Assembly: GCA_965248755.1 (NCBI GenBank)
Contig: OZ252149.1
Span: 736,001-800,000, forward strand
Origin: Candidatus Latescibacterota bacterium
GTDB lineage: Bacteria; Latescibacterota; CBDEFO01
Direction: 5' to 3'
Length of the DNA stretch: 64,000 bases
Position numbers and translations under genes: made by a program. The notes under the pieces were generated by a model. That model was not told the origin of the DNA. It worked only from the letters and a program-made list of their open reading frames with translations, and made no database searches. Positions 1-10,180 of this stretch are shown one piece after another. Numbering within the stretch: position 1 is the first letter of the stretch; each line of letters opens with the position of its first letter.

Positions 1-240
1 TCCACAACTACACCTTGCACCACGCTCGACCAAACGAGACAGATGCAGTGCGATGGAGCTTTGACCTGCCGCTACAACGACGCATATCAACCGACAGGAC
101 TCCCCTTCCACCCGGCGTTCCTTATGCGCAGCAAGCTGCGCCCAGAGGTGGCGCAGACCGACTACGAGACCTGCCGCCAGAGGTGGGAGTTTGCACTGCG
201 GGCATCACATGAAGCCAAGCACTATCGCTGGTCGTTATAG
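1..240 (+). pseudogene. 3' part of a PhyH-family (Fe/2OG) dioxygenase with a 1-nt frameshift near 68-71
   Basis: One frame reads HNYTLHHARPNETDAVRWSFDL; removing one C from ctgccgctac continues RYNDAYQPTGLPFHPAFLMRS...*, a typical PhyH C-terminus. Start lies outside the window. Could be a sequencing error. Confidence 0.7.
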
Positions 241-268
241 GGATCTACTTGAAAATTGGATATGATCC

Positions 269-1411
269 ATGTCACAACATAGATTCTACAGAATATTTAT
301 ATTAATACTGCTGTTAATTCCTATTCTGGTCTATAGAGAAAAGTCCGGAGCCTTTCCGGCAGTCCAAGAGAAAAAGTTTCGTCCCACCTGGCAAAAGGGC
401 GTCTCTTATACGCACGGATACCGGCAGGACAATAGCTTGAGGTCGCGAAAGTCCAGGAAATCTCTGGGGATACTCTCAGACATAAACGTAGAATATATAT
501 CTATAACTCCCTTTGCATTTCAGAAGAAATTTGACGATGTTTATATCGGTTTCGGAGTGGATCCAACAGATACGGATGTCATACATGCCGTAAAAGAGGC
601 GCACCGTATGGGCCTCAAGGTTATGATCAAGCCCCACATCTGGCTCGGGAAGAGATGGGATGGAAACTGGAGGGGTACTATAAGGATGCCGAACCAGTCG
701 GCGTGGAAAGAGTGGTTCCGAAACTATAGAATCTTTATCCTCCACTACGCCCGGATAGCCGAAGACTATAACGCTGACATCTTCTGCGTAGGCACCGAAC
801 TTATGGCCACCGCTGTGCAGAGGAAGGACGACTGGAGAAAACTTATAAAGGAGATCAGGACCGTCTACAGCGGACCGTTGATCTATGCCGCGAACTGGTG
901 GCAGGAATACAGTTTAATAGAGTTCTGGGACCTTTTGGATTACGTGGGCATAAACGCCTTTTTTCCCTTGAGCGACAAAGAGGACGCCTCGCTTGAGGAG
1001 CTTCAAATGGGATGCGAACTGATAGCCGATCAGTTGGATGAATTTAACAAGAAAGTGAATAAGCCCATAATCTTTACGGAGGTGGGATACAAAAGTGTCT
1101 ATGGCACGAGCGTTCGGCCCTGGGAGTGGACTTCGCGCTCTCCTGTAAACCCCCAGGAACAGGCCGAATGCTACCAGGCTGTGTTAGAGACTTTCTGGGG
1201 AAGGCCCTGGTTCTACGGCCTCTACTGGTGGAAATGGTTCACCGACCCCAACATCGGAGGATATTCCAACAGAGGGTTTACGCCGAGGAAGAAGCCAGCA
1301 GAAAAGGTCATAGCCCGATGGTTTGAAAGACCTGCGCCGAGGGGATTTTACGGATATTTCCCCGGTGAATCTGAAGCGGAAATTGCTCAGGTTTCCACAG
1401 CTATAAAATGA
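269..1411 (+). CDS. Secreted or membrane-anchored TIM-barrel glycoside hydrolase, GH113/GTA TIM-barrel-like
   Basis: N-terminal hydrophobic segment; motifs VMIKPHIW, VGTEL, YAANW, PIIFTEVGY. Confidence 0.75.
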   Translation: MSQHRFYRIFILILLLIPILVYREKSGAFPAVQEKKFRPTWQKGVSYTHGYRQDNSLRSRKSRKSLGILSDINVEYISITPFAFQKKFDDVYIGFGVDPTDTDVIHAVKEAHRMGLKVMIKPHIWLGKRWDGNWRGTIRMPNQSAWKEWFRNYRIFILHYARIAEDYNADIFCVGTELMATAVQRKDDWRKLIKEIRTVYSGPLIYAANWWQEYSLIEFWDLLDYVGINAFFPLSDKEDASLEELQMGCELIADQLDEFNKKVNKPIIFTEVGYKSVYGTSVRPWEWTSRSPVNPQEQAECYQAVLETFWGRPWFYGLYWWKWFTDPNIGGYSNRGFTPRKKPAEKVIARWFERPAPRGFYGYFPGESEAEIAQVSTAIK

Positions 1412-2218
1412 CCAAAATAACAGAAAAACTCATACGGGATATCAAAGACAAAATAGTCGAAAAGATACATCCCGAAAAGATTATATTATTCGGATCGCAC
1501 GCCTATGTAATTCCAAATAAGGGCAGCGACTTAGATAAAGTCCTGATTAAAGAATCCGATCTGCTGAGGCATAAGAGGGCAGTAGAGGCATAAGAGGGCA
1601 GTAGAGGCATACGAGGAGATCTCTCCCTTCGGCGTTCCGATTGATATCATCGTCTATACGCCCCAGGAGGTGGAAGAATACGAAGATGTGAAAGGGGCTT
1701 TCATAAACAAGGTTGTAAGAACGGGCAAGACGCTCTACCAGCAGCCAGGACAGGAGAAAAAGAGGGTGCAGAAGACTATGAACCACCGAGATACTATTAA
1801 AAAGTTAGTTCGGGAATGGTTCAAAAAAGCCCGGAGTGATCTAATAGCCGCCGAGGCTCTGATCGAACTGGACTCTCCCCCTGAGGATATTATCTGCTTC
1901 CACTCGTAGCAGGCGGCGGAGAAATACTCGAAGGGACTTCTGGTCTTTCACCAGATTGAATTTGAAAAGACCCATAATTTAGTCGATCTGAAAGACCTAT
2001 GTGCGTTGGCAGAACCAGCGTTTAATAGCATAACGTCTGAGATAATAAGTTTAAATCCTAACGCTGTAGCAGTAAGCTATCCAGACGATTTTCGGGATTA
2101 CTCTCTCGAAGATGCAAAAGAGGCTATCCAGATGGCACAGAAAGTGGAGAGTTTTGTGTTAGAAAGATTTCCTGAATTCTTGGCGGAAGAGGAAAGAAAG
2201 AATTGTCGCAATACGTAG
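1408..2218 (+). pseudogene. MNT nucleotidyltransferase-HEPN module in one reconstructable frame, broken by a 19-bp duplication and a TAG
   Basis: IILFGS...SDLD and PIDIIVYTP (MNT); EWFKKARSDL, ICFHS*QAAEK, KTHNL (HEPN); duplication 1566-1603, TAG 1907-1909. Confidence 0.8.
1566..1611 (+). repeat. 19-bp tandem duplication GAGGCATAAGAGGGCAGTA x2 plus partial third copy
   Basis: Exact copies at 1566-1584 and 1585-1603. Confidence 0.95.
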
Positions 2219-2520
2219 TTATATTCGTAACGGCAAGCTCAGACGAAGAGGCGCAAAGAATCGGACGGGCGCTTGTGGAGGAGAAGCTTGTGGCTTGCTC
2301 CAACATAGCTTCCTCTATAAGGTCGTTCTACTGGTGGAAGGGCAAAATTTGCGACGAAACCGAAGTCCTTTTGATAGCCAAAAGCACGCAGGATCATATG
2401 GAGGAAATAATAAGAAAAGTCAAAGAACTGCACAGCTACGAGGTCCCTGAGATAATAGCCCTTCCCATCTTAGGCGGTTCAAAGGACTATCTAAATTGGA
2501 TAGAGGAGGAGACTAAGTAA
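2203..2520 (+). CDS. cutA: Divalent-cation tolerance protein CutA
   Basis: LVEEKLVAC, SFYWWKGKI, LHSYEVPEIIALPI, YLNWI; TTG start. Confidence 0.93.
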   Translation: MSQYVVIFVTASSDEEAQRIGRALVEEKLVACSNIASSIRSFYWWKGKICDETEVLLIAKSTQDHMEEIIRKVKELHSYEVPEIIALPILGGSKDYLNWIEEETK

Positions 2521-2556
2521 AAAGACAGGGCACCTTGTCCTTTCCCTGGAGGTTAG

Positions 2557-2925
2557 ATTCATTTCCAAGGAGATAGAGGTAGAAAAGTAAGATGTACAAT
2601 CTTTCCGGATGTCCCTATAAGGATTTTGGAGGGATACCGATAGGTGAGCAAGAGAAGTAGCTTTAGACAGTCAGTGCCAAGGGAGGAATCTCGCGATTCC
2701 AACAGTTCAAAAGATTCTTGAAAGTGTCTGCAAAAATGGAGGGATAGACAGAAAGGTAGCGGTACACTATTTGAGGCACAGTTTCACTACGAATTTGCTT
2801 GAAATTGGCATTGTTTTGAGATATATTAGGGAACTATGCGGGCACAGAAGCAGTAAGACTACTAAACTTTAGACGCATTTACAGAAGTCTTGCATCCGTA
2901 AAAAGTCCAGTTGATAGGTTATTTG
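2557..2925 (+). pseudogene. Decayed C-terminal half of a tyrosine recombinase (XerC/D or integron-integrase-like)
   Basis: Reads IHFQGDRGRKVRCTI...VHYLRHSFTTNLLEIGIVLRYIRELCGHRSSKTTKL*TH...KSPVDRL with stops; not in the ORF track. Confidence 0.8.
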
Positions 2926-3068
2926 AAGAGCAAGTAGGTGAACAATATATGACAAGAGAGCAATACTGGTCTTTCACCGAAAGTGATGCATGTCCGAGGT
3001 TTGCATATCACACCGAAGTAGAAAGATAAGAGAAATAGATCACATATAAGCAAGTGGAGGACAGCCCC

Positions 3069-3875
3069 ATGACTGATACCGTGACGGCCCGTCACACCGA
3101 TGTTTTCAACTACTTCATGCTCACGGACGAACAGATCAAACGATATGGCGAAGAGGGCTACCTCAACATCGGCAGCACGCTGACGCACCAGGGACTGGAG
3201 CTGATGCGGCAGGAAGTGATGCAAGCCTGGAGTGCAGAGAAAGACGCGTTTGATCCAAACAAAACATGGCTGAACAATGCGTTGCTTCCCAACATTCATC
3301 ACCGCTCGGACGTGGTACGCCGATATTACTTCAGCGGACCCCTGGTGGACATCGCAAGGCAGGTGATCGGGCCGAACATCAAGGCCGCGACTTCCCAGTT
3401 AACATTCAAAATGCGCGGCAACACACAGCCGTTTGCCTGGCATCAGGACAACGCGTATGGTGAGTTGGACCCCTACAGCGCGATATCCTGTTTGACGGCT
3501 CTGGACGACACTGACGTGGGCAACGGATGCCTGTGGCTGGTCCCTGGCAGCCACCAACAAGGCCAGTGTGAGGTCTCGCGCACGAAGGCGGACAAGGGGG
3601 GCAACCGTCCCGTGGAGCTGACCGTGGATGACAGCCTTGGCGTGCCGATGCCGGTGAAGGCTGGCGAATGCTTTTTTTTCCACTGTCACATGCTGCACAA
3701 GTCGCAGGGTAACCTATCAAAAGATCGCGACCGACGTATCCTTTTCATGCGATACGCCGACGCCGACGCGGTAGAGGTTTACGACGATCGCCGCCCGCGA
3801 TTAGGCCGGCTGCTGTGCGGCACGACACGGTTTCCAGAGGTCGAAGCCTACGAAGCAGACTTACCGTTAGACTGA
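3069..3875 (+). CDS. Phytanoyl-CoA dioxygenase (PhyH) family protein
   Basis: WHQD, GCLWLVPGSH, distal His (MLHKS), DRDRR; GGAGG RBS before ATG 3069. Confidence 0.9.
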   Translation: MTDTVTARHTDVFNYFMLTDEQIKRYGEEGYLNIGSTLTHQGLELMRQEVMQAWSAEKDAFDPNKTWLNNALLPNIHHRSDVVRRYYFSGPLVDIARQVIGPNIKAATSQLTFKMRGNTQPFAWHQDNAYGELDPYSAISCLTALDDTDVGNGCLWLVPGSHQQGQCEVSRTKADKGGNRPVELTVDDSLGVPMPVKAGECFFFHCHMLHKSQGNLSKDRDRRILFMRYADADAVEVYDDRRPRLGRLLCGTTRFPEVEAYEADLPLD

Positions 3876-3947
3876 TTGGTACGGCCAATCCGGAAATTTG
3901 GTAACGCCAGACCTGACGAATACTGAATAATAGCGAAAGGAGAAATC

Positions 3948-4709
3948 ATGGACTGGAAGAAAAACGCCCAAGAGATCAAGGAAGCCTTCGACAGGGATGG
4001 TTACATGGTACTGCGCGGATTTTTGAGTTCGGAAGAAGCAGAAGAAATCAATCTCCAGACCGACCGCTACATTGCCGAGATACTGCCCCGACTTCCAGAC
4101 AATGCGGCTTTCTACGAGGTGAAGGACGACCCCGAGGCCATCATGCGGCTGGAGAGCATGTCCAAACACGACGCCTATTTCAAGGACCTTTGCACCAGCA
4201 GCAGCCTTGTTGAACTCGCCGAGTTGTTGATGAACGACCAGGTGGTGACCAACGGAATGTCGTGGTTCAACAAGCCCGCCCGGGTTGGCAAGGTGACCCC
4301 ACCCCACCAGGATGGGTTCTACTTCATGCTTGAGCCCAACGAGGCCGTGACCTTGTGGCTGGCCCTGGATACAATCGACGATGAGAACGGCTGTATGCGC
4401 TTTGTGCCGGGGTCGCGATGGCGGGATATGCGTCCGCACCAGAGCTCCAATGTGCTGGGTTTTTCCCTGGGCATAACGGACTACGGCGAGGCGGACTACC
4501 AGATTGAGGCGGCGATTCACGCCGAGCCGGGCGACCTTATCGCGCACCACTGCATGACCATTCACCGGACTGACGCGAATCCAAGCGAACGGCACCGGAG
4601 GGCCCTGGGGTTTGTCTACTACGCCCAACGCGCCAAAGAGGACAAGGAACGGGTCGAGGCCTACAAGAAGCAACTATTTGAGGAATGGGAAAAAGAAGGC
4701 AAGGTCTGA
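3948..4709 (+). CDS. PhyH-family dioxygenase, tandem copy 1
   Basis: TPPHQDG, ENGCMRFVPGS, TIHRT; AAGGAG RBS. Confidence 0.9.
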   Translation: MDWKKNAQEIKEAFDRDGYMVLRGFLSSEEAEEINLQTDRYIAEILPRLPDNAAFYEVKDDPEAIMRLESMSKHDAYFKDLCTSSSLVELAELLMNDQVVTNGMSWFNKPARVGKVTPPHQDGFYFMLEPNEAVTLWLALDTIDDENGCMRFVPGSRWRDMRPHQSSNVLGFSLGITDYGEADYQIEAAIHAEPGDLIAHHCMTIHRTDANPSERHRRALGFVYYAQRAKEDKERVEAYKKQLFEEWEKEGKV

Positions 4710-4781
4710 GCTGCTTCTTCAATCCGACTCCTCAATAAACTCCTCCCTGATCGATACTGAATAATAGCGAAAGGAGAAATC

Positions 4782-5543
4782 ATGGACTGGAAGAAAAACG
4801 CCAAGGAGATCAAGGAAGCCTTCGACAGGGATGGTTACATGGTGCTCCGCGGCTTTCTTAGCTCAGAGGAAGCAGAAGAAATCAATCTCCAGACCGACCG
4901 CTACATTGCCGAGGTACTGCCCCGACTTCCAGACAATGCGGCTTTCTACGAGGTGAAGGACGACCCCGAGGCCATCATGCGGCTGGAGAGCATGTCCAAA
5001 CACGACGCCTATTTCAAGGACCTTTGCACCAGCAGCCACCTTGTCGAACTCGCCGAGTCGTTGATGAACGAGCAGGTGGTGACCAACAGAATGTCGTGGT
5101 TCAACAAGCCCGCCCGGGTCGGCAAGGTGACCCCACCCCACCAGGATGGGTTCTACTTCATGCTTGAGCCCAACGAGGCCGTGACCTTGTGGCTGGCCCT
5201 GGATACAATCGACGATGAGAACGGCTGCATGCGCTTTGTGCCGGGGTCGCGATGGCGGGGTATGCGTCCGCACCAGAGCTCCAATGTGCTGGGTTTTTCC
5301 CTGGGCATAACGGACTACGGCGAGGCGGACTACCAGATTGAGGTGGCTATTCACGCCGAGCCTGGCGACCTTATCGCGCACCACTGCATGACCATTCACC
5401 GGACTGACGCGAATCCAAGCGAACGGCACCGGAGGGCCCTGGGGTTTGTCTACTACGCCCAACGCGCCAAAGAGGACAAGGAACGGCTCGAGGCCCACAA
5501 GAAGCAACTATTTGAGGAATGGGAAAAAGAAGGCAAGGTCTGA
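4782..5543 (+). CDS. PhyH-family dioxygenase, tandem copy 2
   Basis: 10 amino-acid differences from 3948-4709 over 253 aa. Confidence 0.9.
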   Translation: MDWKKNAKEIKEAFDRDGYMVLRGFLSSEEAEEINLQTDRYIAEVLPRLPDNAAFYEVKDDPEAIMRLESMSKHDAYFKDLCTSSHLVELAESLMNEQVVTNRMSWFNKPARVGKVTPPHQDGFYFMLEPNEAVTLWLALDTIDDENGCMRFVPGSRWRGMRPHQSSNVLGFSLGITDYGEADYQIEVAIHAEPGDLIAHHCMTIHRTDANPSERHRRALGFVYYAQRAKEDKERLEAHKKQLFEEWEKEGKV

Positions 5544-5552
5544 TCTGCTTCT

Positions 5553-5800
5553 TTAATCCGACTCCTCAATAAACTCCTCTAGGGCCTCTCTGTAGGGCCC
5601 CATTGACAGCAAAAATCCGTCGTTGTGGCCCCCAGCGATCTCGAGGAATTTCCTGAGTTTCCTGGCCGCCTCGTCGAGCCGCCGGCCGCGGACTGAAGGT
5701 ATGAAATCATCCTCGCGGCTGTGAACCACCACCGGACGGGCCTGTAGGGAAAGGTGCTGAGGGGTATTGCACTGATAAAGCGCAAGCACGTGGCTCCAAA
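5553..5800 (-). pseudogene. C-terminal fragment of an alpha/beta hydrolase
   Basis: VVVHSREDDFIP...FLEIAGGHNDGF (catalytic Asp/His region); no N-terminal GxSxG half. Confidence 0.65.
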
Positions 5801-5913
5801 AGCGGGTACAGATCCTGGCCGAGATCCGGGTATGCAGATTACTATTGCGGATCTCTATAATCACCTCCAGACTATGTTGACACGATACCGGAACAAGGTC
5901 AAAGGAGAGGAAT

Positions 5914-7029
5914 ATGGCAACATCTAAGGTGGCAGTGCTTAAGACTACCCCTGAGACGGTAGTGGACGATTATGCGAAACTTATGCGCCTTGCAGAGTAC
6001 GAACGGTTCATCTCCAAAGATGTAGATACGATAATCAAGCTGAATCTCTCCTGGACAAAGTACTTTCCCGCCTGCTCGTCCCAGCCGTGGCAGTTAGAGG
6101 GCGTTCTTAATACCCTTCTTCGAGATGGATTCGAAAGGGACGCCATCTTTCCCCTGGAAAATAGGACCGTGGTTACAGATCCCAAAAAGGGGGCGGTGGA
6201 GAACAACTGGATGCCCGTGCTCGAATCATTCGGACTGCCCTTTATACCCCTTCCCGAAGTAGAGTGGACTACTTACGAGTTCCAAGAAGAGCTCCTCGTC
6301 CTTAAGGAGATATTCCCTCTCGGGATACAGATTCCGAAGATATTTATCGGGAAGAATATAGTGCACCTTCCCACAGTAAAGACGCACGGTCACTCTACAA
6401 CCACTGGGGCTATCAAGAACGCCTTCGGCGGGCTGTTGAAGGAGGTCCGCCACTATGCCCACAAATATATTCACGAAACGCTGGTAGACCTTATGATCAT
6501 GCAGAAGGAGATCCACCCGGGCGTCTTTGCCGTTATGGACGGGACGGTCTGCGGTGATGGGGCAGGTCCCAGGACTATGGACCCCCATATCAAGGACTAC
6601 ATATTAGCCAGCGGGGACAGCGTAGCCATAGACAGCATAGCCGCCAAGATGATGGGGTTCGAACCTATGGAGATACCCTACATCAGGATGTGCCACGAGA
6701 GGGGATTAGGTGTGGGTGATCCCAGGGAAATAGAGATCGTCGGAGAGGATATATCGGACACAAACTTCGGATTCGAGGCAAAAAGGAGCTTCGTTATATG
6801 GGGAGATCAGATGCTGAGGAAGGGCGCTCTGCGTCCCTTTGAAAAGATACTTCTGCACTCTCCTTTAGTTGCCTGGGCTCCATTTGCTTCCAACGTCTAC
6901 CACGACTTTATGTGGTATCCCACGGTGGGCAAGAGGATCATTGACGAATTTATGGATACAAAGTGGGGGCATCTCTTTTGCGAATATGGAGAGGGAAAAC
7001 TAAAGACGAGGCAGTCTGCTTCCGTCTGA
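5914..7029 (+). CDS. DUF362 domain protein
   Basis: IIKLNLSW, LPTVKTHGH...TTGAIKNAFG, DGTVCGDGAGP, DSVAID. Confidence 0.88.
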   Translation: MATSKVAVLKTTPETVVDDYAKLMRLAEYERFISKDVDTIIKLNLSWTKYFPACSSQPWQLEGVLNTLLRDGFERDAIFPLENRTVVTDPKKGAVENNWMPVLESFGLPFIPLPEVEWTTYEFQEELLVLKEIFPLGIQIPKIFIGKNIVHLPTVKTHGHSTTTGAIKNAFGGLLKEVRHYAHKYIHETLVDLMIMQKEIHPGVFAVMDGTVCGDGAGPRTMDPHIKDYILASGDSVAIDSIAAKMMGFEPMEIPYIRMCHERGLGVGDPREIEIVGEDISDTNFGFEAKRSFVIWGDQMLRKGALRPFEKILLHSPLVAWAPFASNVYHDFMWYPTVGKRIIDEFMDTKWGHLFCEYGEGKLKTRQSASV

Positions 7030-7129
7030 TTCGGAACGTTGAATCCCCAGGGAACTGGATATGTGTACGGGCTGAGTTTATCGCCCCTATACTGAACATT
7101 GACCGAAATACAGAACGCATGCTGCGCTT

Positions 7130-9088
7130 ATGCTCTTATCAATAGCGGACAGGAAAATCGAAAGGAAGGATATCTATGTCGCCTCCCTATGTTCCCTTAT
7201 CTCCTTTGTAGTCTACCTCAATACCCTCTGTCCGACGGTCTATGTGGTGGGAAGCGGAGAACTCATAACCGCAGCTCATACGCTCGGTATAGCACACCCT
7301 ACAGGCTATCCTCTCTACTGTCTTTTGGCAAGAATATTTTCTCTGCTCGTCCCCGGAGGCAACGTTCCCTTTAAGATCAACCTTATATCCGCCATTTTTG
7401 GATCGTCCTCCATATTCGTCTTCTACCTTCTCCTCTACAGACTCACAAAATCTGTAGCGGCATCCTTCTCGTCTGCCCTTATCTTCGCCTTCTCATCGGG
7501 GTTCTGGTCTCAGTCCGTTACAGCTGAGGTCTATACGCTTAATATCCTTTTAATGAGTCTTCTTACCTTTGCGCTTTTGACGTGGGAACGGACTCTGGAT
7601 AAAAGATACCTTGCGCTTTCGGCATTTATGTTTGGACTTTCCCTGTCGAACCATCTGACGTCTGTTCTGCTACTTCCGGCTCTGATCTTCTTCCTCGTAT
7701 CGTCCCCCGGCAGAATAAGGCTCAAAGATTTCGCGTATCTACTTCCCCTTGTGATCCTGGGCCTGACCCCTTATATATATCTTCCCCTCAGAGACGATCC
7801 ATCTCTACCATTTAGGTGGGCTCCTGTAGATACCTTGAGCGACTTTTTAAGATACATGCTCACATATTCTCACAGGATGTTCAGCCTTCCCTTCCAGCTG
7901 CAGGCCGAGTCCGCGCTCTATAATCTGCTGAAGTACATTAAATCTCTCCCTCGAGAGTTCACCACATACGTAATCTGGCTTGCGCCCGTGGGAATGGTCG
8001 CAAATATGAAGTCTAACAGGAGGATATTCGCCTTCTCAGCTCTGATATTTACTCTCTCAGTTTTCTATGCGATCAACTATAGAATACTAGATATTCAGGT
8101 GTTCTTTATCCCATCGTTTTTCGTGGTCTCCATCTGGATCGCATACGCTCTGACGTATATTCAGCAGAAAACGGGGGAAATATCCTTCGGATTTTCCACA
8201 CGAAATGTAATATCGGCGGTTATGATCGCACTTGCTGTCTTTCCTTTAGCGTTTAATTTCCACAGAAATGACCTGAGCCAGAACAGGCTCGCATACGACT
8301 ATGGAAGAGATATACTAAGGTCTTTGGATCATTCGGCCGTTCTCTTAACAGAGGGTGACGACGCATCGTTTATACTGGACTATCTGAAGGTCGTAGAGAA
8401 CATGCGACCCGATGTGGATCTTTACCACAGGGATGGTCCTGTATTCAGCGGTATCTACGGGAAGGATTACGCCAAACTCCCCTTCCAGCAGAAATCAAAG
8501 TTTCGGCGCAGAGTTGAAAGGGCCCTCATCCAGAAGGAAGATCGCCCTGTCTACTACGTTATCAAGAAAAACCTCGACTTTGCTCCCGGATACACCCTTA
8601 TGCCCGAGGGACTCTGCTACCGGGTCGTAAAAGAAGGCTCCGACTATCGGATCCGGGACCATTTTGGGAACTTTGTAGATCCGGATTCCCTCTCTACCAC
8701 CCCCTCTTACAAGGACAAATGGACGGCCAAGATCGTTTCCAACTATCATTTCTCGAAGGCGGACTTTTACATAGCTTTACAGGACACCCTGAAGGCTTTT
8801 CAGGAGTACGAGAAGGCTTCTACTGTAGCCCCAGAGTCAGCGACGCTCCATTACAACCTGGGGATAGTGTATTTCCGAGCTAAGAGATACTTCAAGGCTG
8901 AGGAGAAGCTGAAAAAGGCGATCCAGCTGGATCCGTATCGTTCTCCGCCTTATTATCTCCTCGCGCGGGTCAAACTGGCGCAGAGAGAAAGAGGGGAAGG
9001 CAGGAGTTATCTCGAAAAGGCGGTCCCTCTCAACCCGAACAACAGGAAGGCGGCGGAGTACCTCCGACGGATGAGAGGCAGGCTTTGA
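7130..9088 (+). CDS. DUF2723/TMEM260-like GT-C membrane glycosyltransferase with C-terminal TPRs
   Basis: SGELITAAHTLGIAHPTGYPLY, AEVYTL, YIYLPLR; many TM segments; TPR-like C-terminus. Confidence 0.85.
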   Translation: MLLSIADRKIERKDIYVASLCSLISFVVYLNTLCPTVYVVGSGELITAAHTLGIAHPTGYPLYCLLARIFSLLVPGGNVPFKINLISAIFGSSSIFVFYLLLYRLTKSVAASFSSALIFAFSSGFWSQSVTAEVYTLNILLMSLLTFALLTWERTLDKRYLALSAFMFGLSLSNHLTSVLLLPALIFFLVSSPGRIRLKDFAYLLPLVILGLTPYIYLPLRDDPSLPFRWAPVDTLSDFLRYMLTYSHRMFSLPFQLQAESALYNLLKYIKSLPREFTTYVIWLAPVGMVANMKSNRRIFAFSALIFTLSVFYAINYRILDIQVFFIPSFFVVSIWIAYALTYIQQKTGEISFGFSTRNVISAVMIALAVFPLAFNFHRNDLSQNRLAYDYGRDILRSLDHSAVLLTEGDDASFILDYLKVVENMRPDVDLYHRDGPVFSGIYGKDYAKLPFQQKSKFRRRVERALIQKEDRPVYYVIKKNLDFAPGYTLMPEGLCYRVVKEGSDYRIRDHFGNFVDPDSLSTTPSYKDKWTAKIVSNYHFSKADFYIALQDTLKAFQEYEKASTVAPESATLHYNLGIVYFRAKRYFKAEEKLKKAIQLDPYRSPPYYLLARVKLAQRERGEGRSYLEKAVPLNPNNRKAAEYLRRMRGRL

Positions 9089-9103
9089 AAGGAGAAACAT
9101 AAT

Positions 9104-10066
9104 ATGCTAATTCGAAAAGACATCAACATCGTGGGAGTGGTGGGAGCGGGAAATATGGGAGCAGGGATAGCCCAAACCTTTGCAGAGTCCGGTTTCGACG
9201 TCATAATGCACAGTAGAACCCCCGGTGGGCTTCAAAGGGGTCTGGACCTTATAAGGCTGAATCAAAGGCAGTTTCAAGAAAACGGCCTTATCACAAAAGA
9301 GAAATCTGAACAGGCTTTATCCAAGATCTCCACTACCACAGATATTCAGGATCTGTCCGACTCGGACTTTATAAACGAAAATGTCCCGGAAGATCTGGAG
9401 ATAAAAAGGTCCATCTTCTCAAAGTTAGACCAGATATGCAGGCAGGACATTATCCTATCCACAGACACGTCCGGTCTCCCCATAACCGAAATCTCCAGAG
9501 CGACAGAAAGGCCAGAAAGGGTGGTGGGTATGCACTGGTGGAACCCGCCGCACATTATGCCATTAGTCGAGATAATCAAAGGAGAAAAGACGGAGGCCGA
9601 GGCTCTCAGAAAAGTTCGCGATCTTTGTCCTAAAATTGGCAAAAAGCCGGTGATGGTCAAAAAGGACGCCCCGGGCTTTGTAGCCAACAGGATGCAGTTT
9701 GCAATCGCACGAGAAGCCTACAGCATCCTCCAGGAAGGGATCGCGGACGCAGAGGACATAGATCTTTCGATAAGGGAGGGACTCGGATTCCGATACTCCG
9801 TAATAGGTCCCCTGCAGACGTTCGACATAGCCGGACTCGACACGGTCTATAAGATCGCCGGCTATCTGTTGAAAGAGATCGATAATTCTACAGAGCCTCC
9901 GAAGATCCTCAAGGAACTTGTGGAAAATGGACACTACGGCGTAAAGACAGGCAGGGGTGTCTATGACTACGCATCAAAAACCCAGGAGGAGGTCGTATCC
10001 GAGAGGAATTTGGGGCTGATAAAGATGCTCAAAATGTTCAGATATATGAAGTCCGAGAGCGATTGA
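9104..10066 (+). CDS. 3-hydroxyacyl-CoA dehydrogenase family protein
   Basis: GAGNMGAGIA, GMHWWNPPHIMPLVE, PGFVANR, GVKTGRGVY. Confidence 0.92.
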   Translation: MLIRKDINIVGVVGAGNMGAGIAQTFAESGFDVIMHSRTPGGLQRGLDLIRLNQRQFQENGLITKEKSEQALSKISTTTDIQDLSDSDFINENVPEDLEIKRSIFSKLDQICRQDIILSTDTSGLPITEISRATERPERVVGMHWWNPPHIMPLVEIIKGEKTEAEALRKVRDLCPKIGKKPVMVKKDAPGFVANRMQFAIAREAYSILQEGIADAEDIDLSIREGLGFRYSVIGPLQTFDIAGLDTVYKIAGYLLKEIDNSTEPPKILKELVENGHYGVKTGRGVYDYASKTQEEVVSERNLGLIKMLKMFRYMKSESD

Positions 10067-10074
10067 AAATATTG

Positions 10075-10103
10075 TTGACAAGGATAGCAAAAGAGAGTAG
10101 CTT
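10075..10103 (+). promoter_or_regulatory. Sigma70-type promoter of rpsT
   Basis: TTGACA-N17-TAGCTT. Confidence 0.6.
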
Positions 10104-10180
10104 TATATATTGAGTTAAACTAAAGAACACATTTCCAATGCGAATACTGAAACTATAGGTCAAACCAAAGGAGGCCGTAC

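Larger units (their letters stand above)
3920..5579 (+). repeat. Tandem duplication with 834-bp period (3920-4745 and 4754-5579)
   Basis: Shared upstream ATACTGAATAATAGCGAAAGGAGAAATCATG and downstream AATCCGACTCCTCAATAAACTCCTC. Confidence 0.95.

Noticed and set aside
1907..1909. Pyrrolysine or stop-codon reassignment at the in-frame TAG
   Set aside because: TAG ends many intact genes here, the position is a conserved Gln (CAG to TAG), and the locus has other lesions
3867..5507. Long antisense ORFs 3867-4673 and 4863-5507 (also 50090-51301 and 43289-44110)
   Set aside because: Shadow frames opposite well-supported genes, with no recognisable motifs
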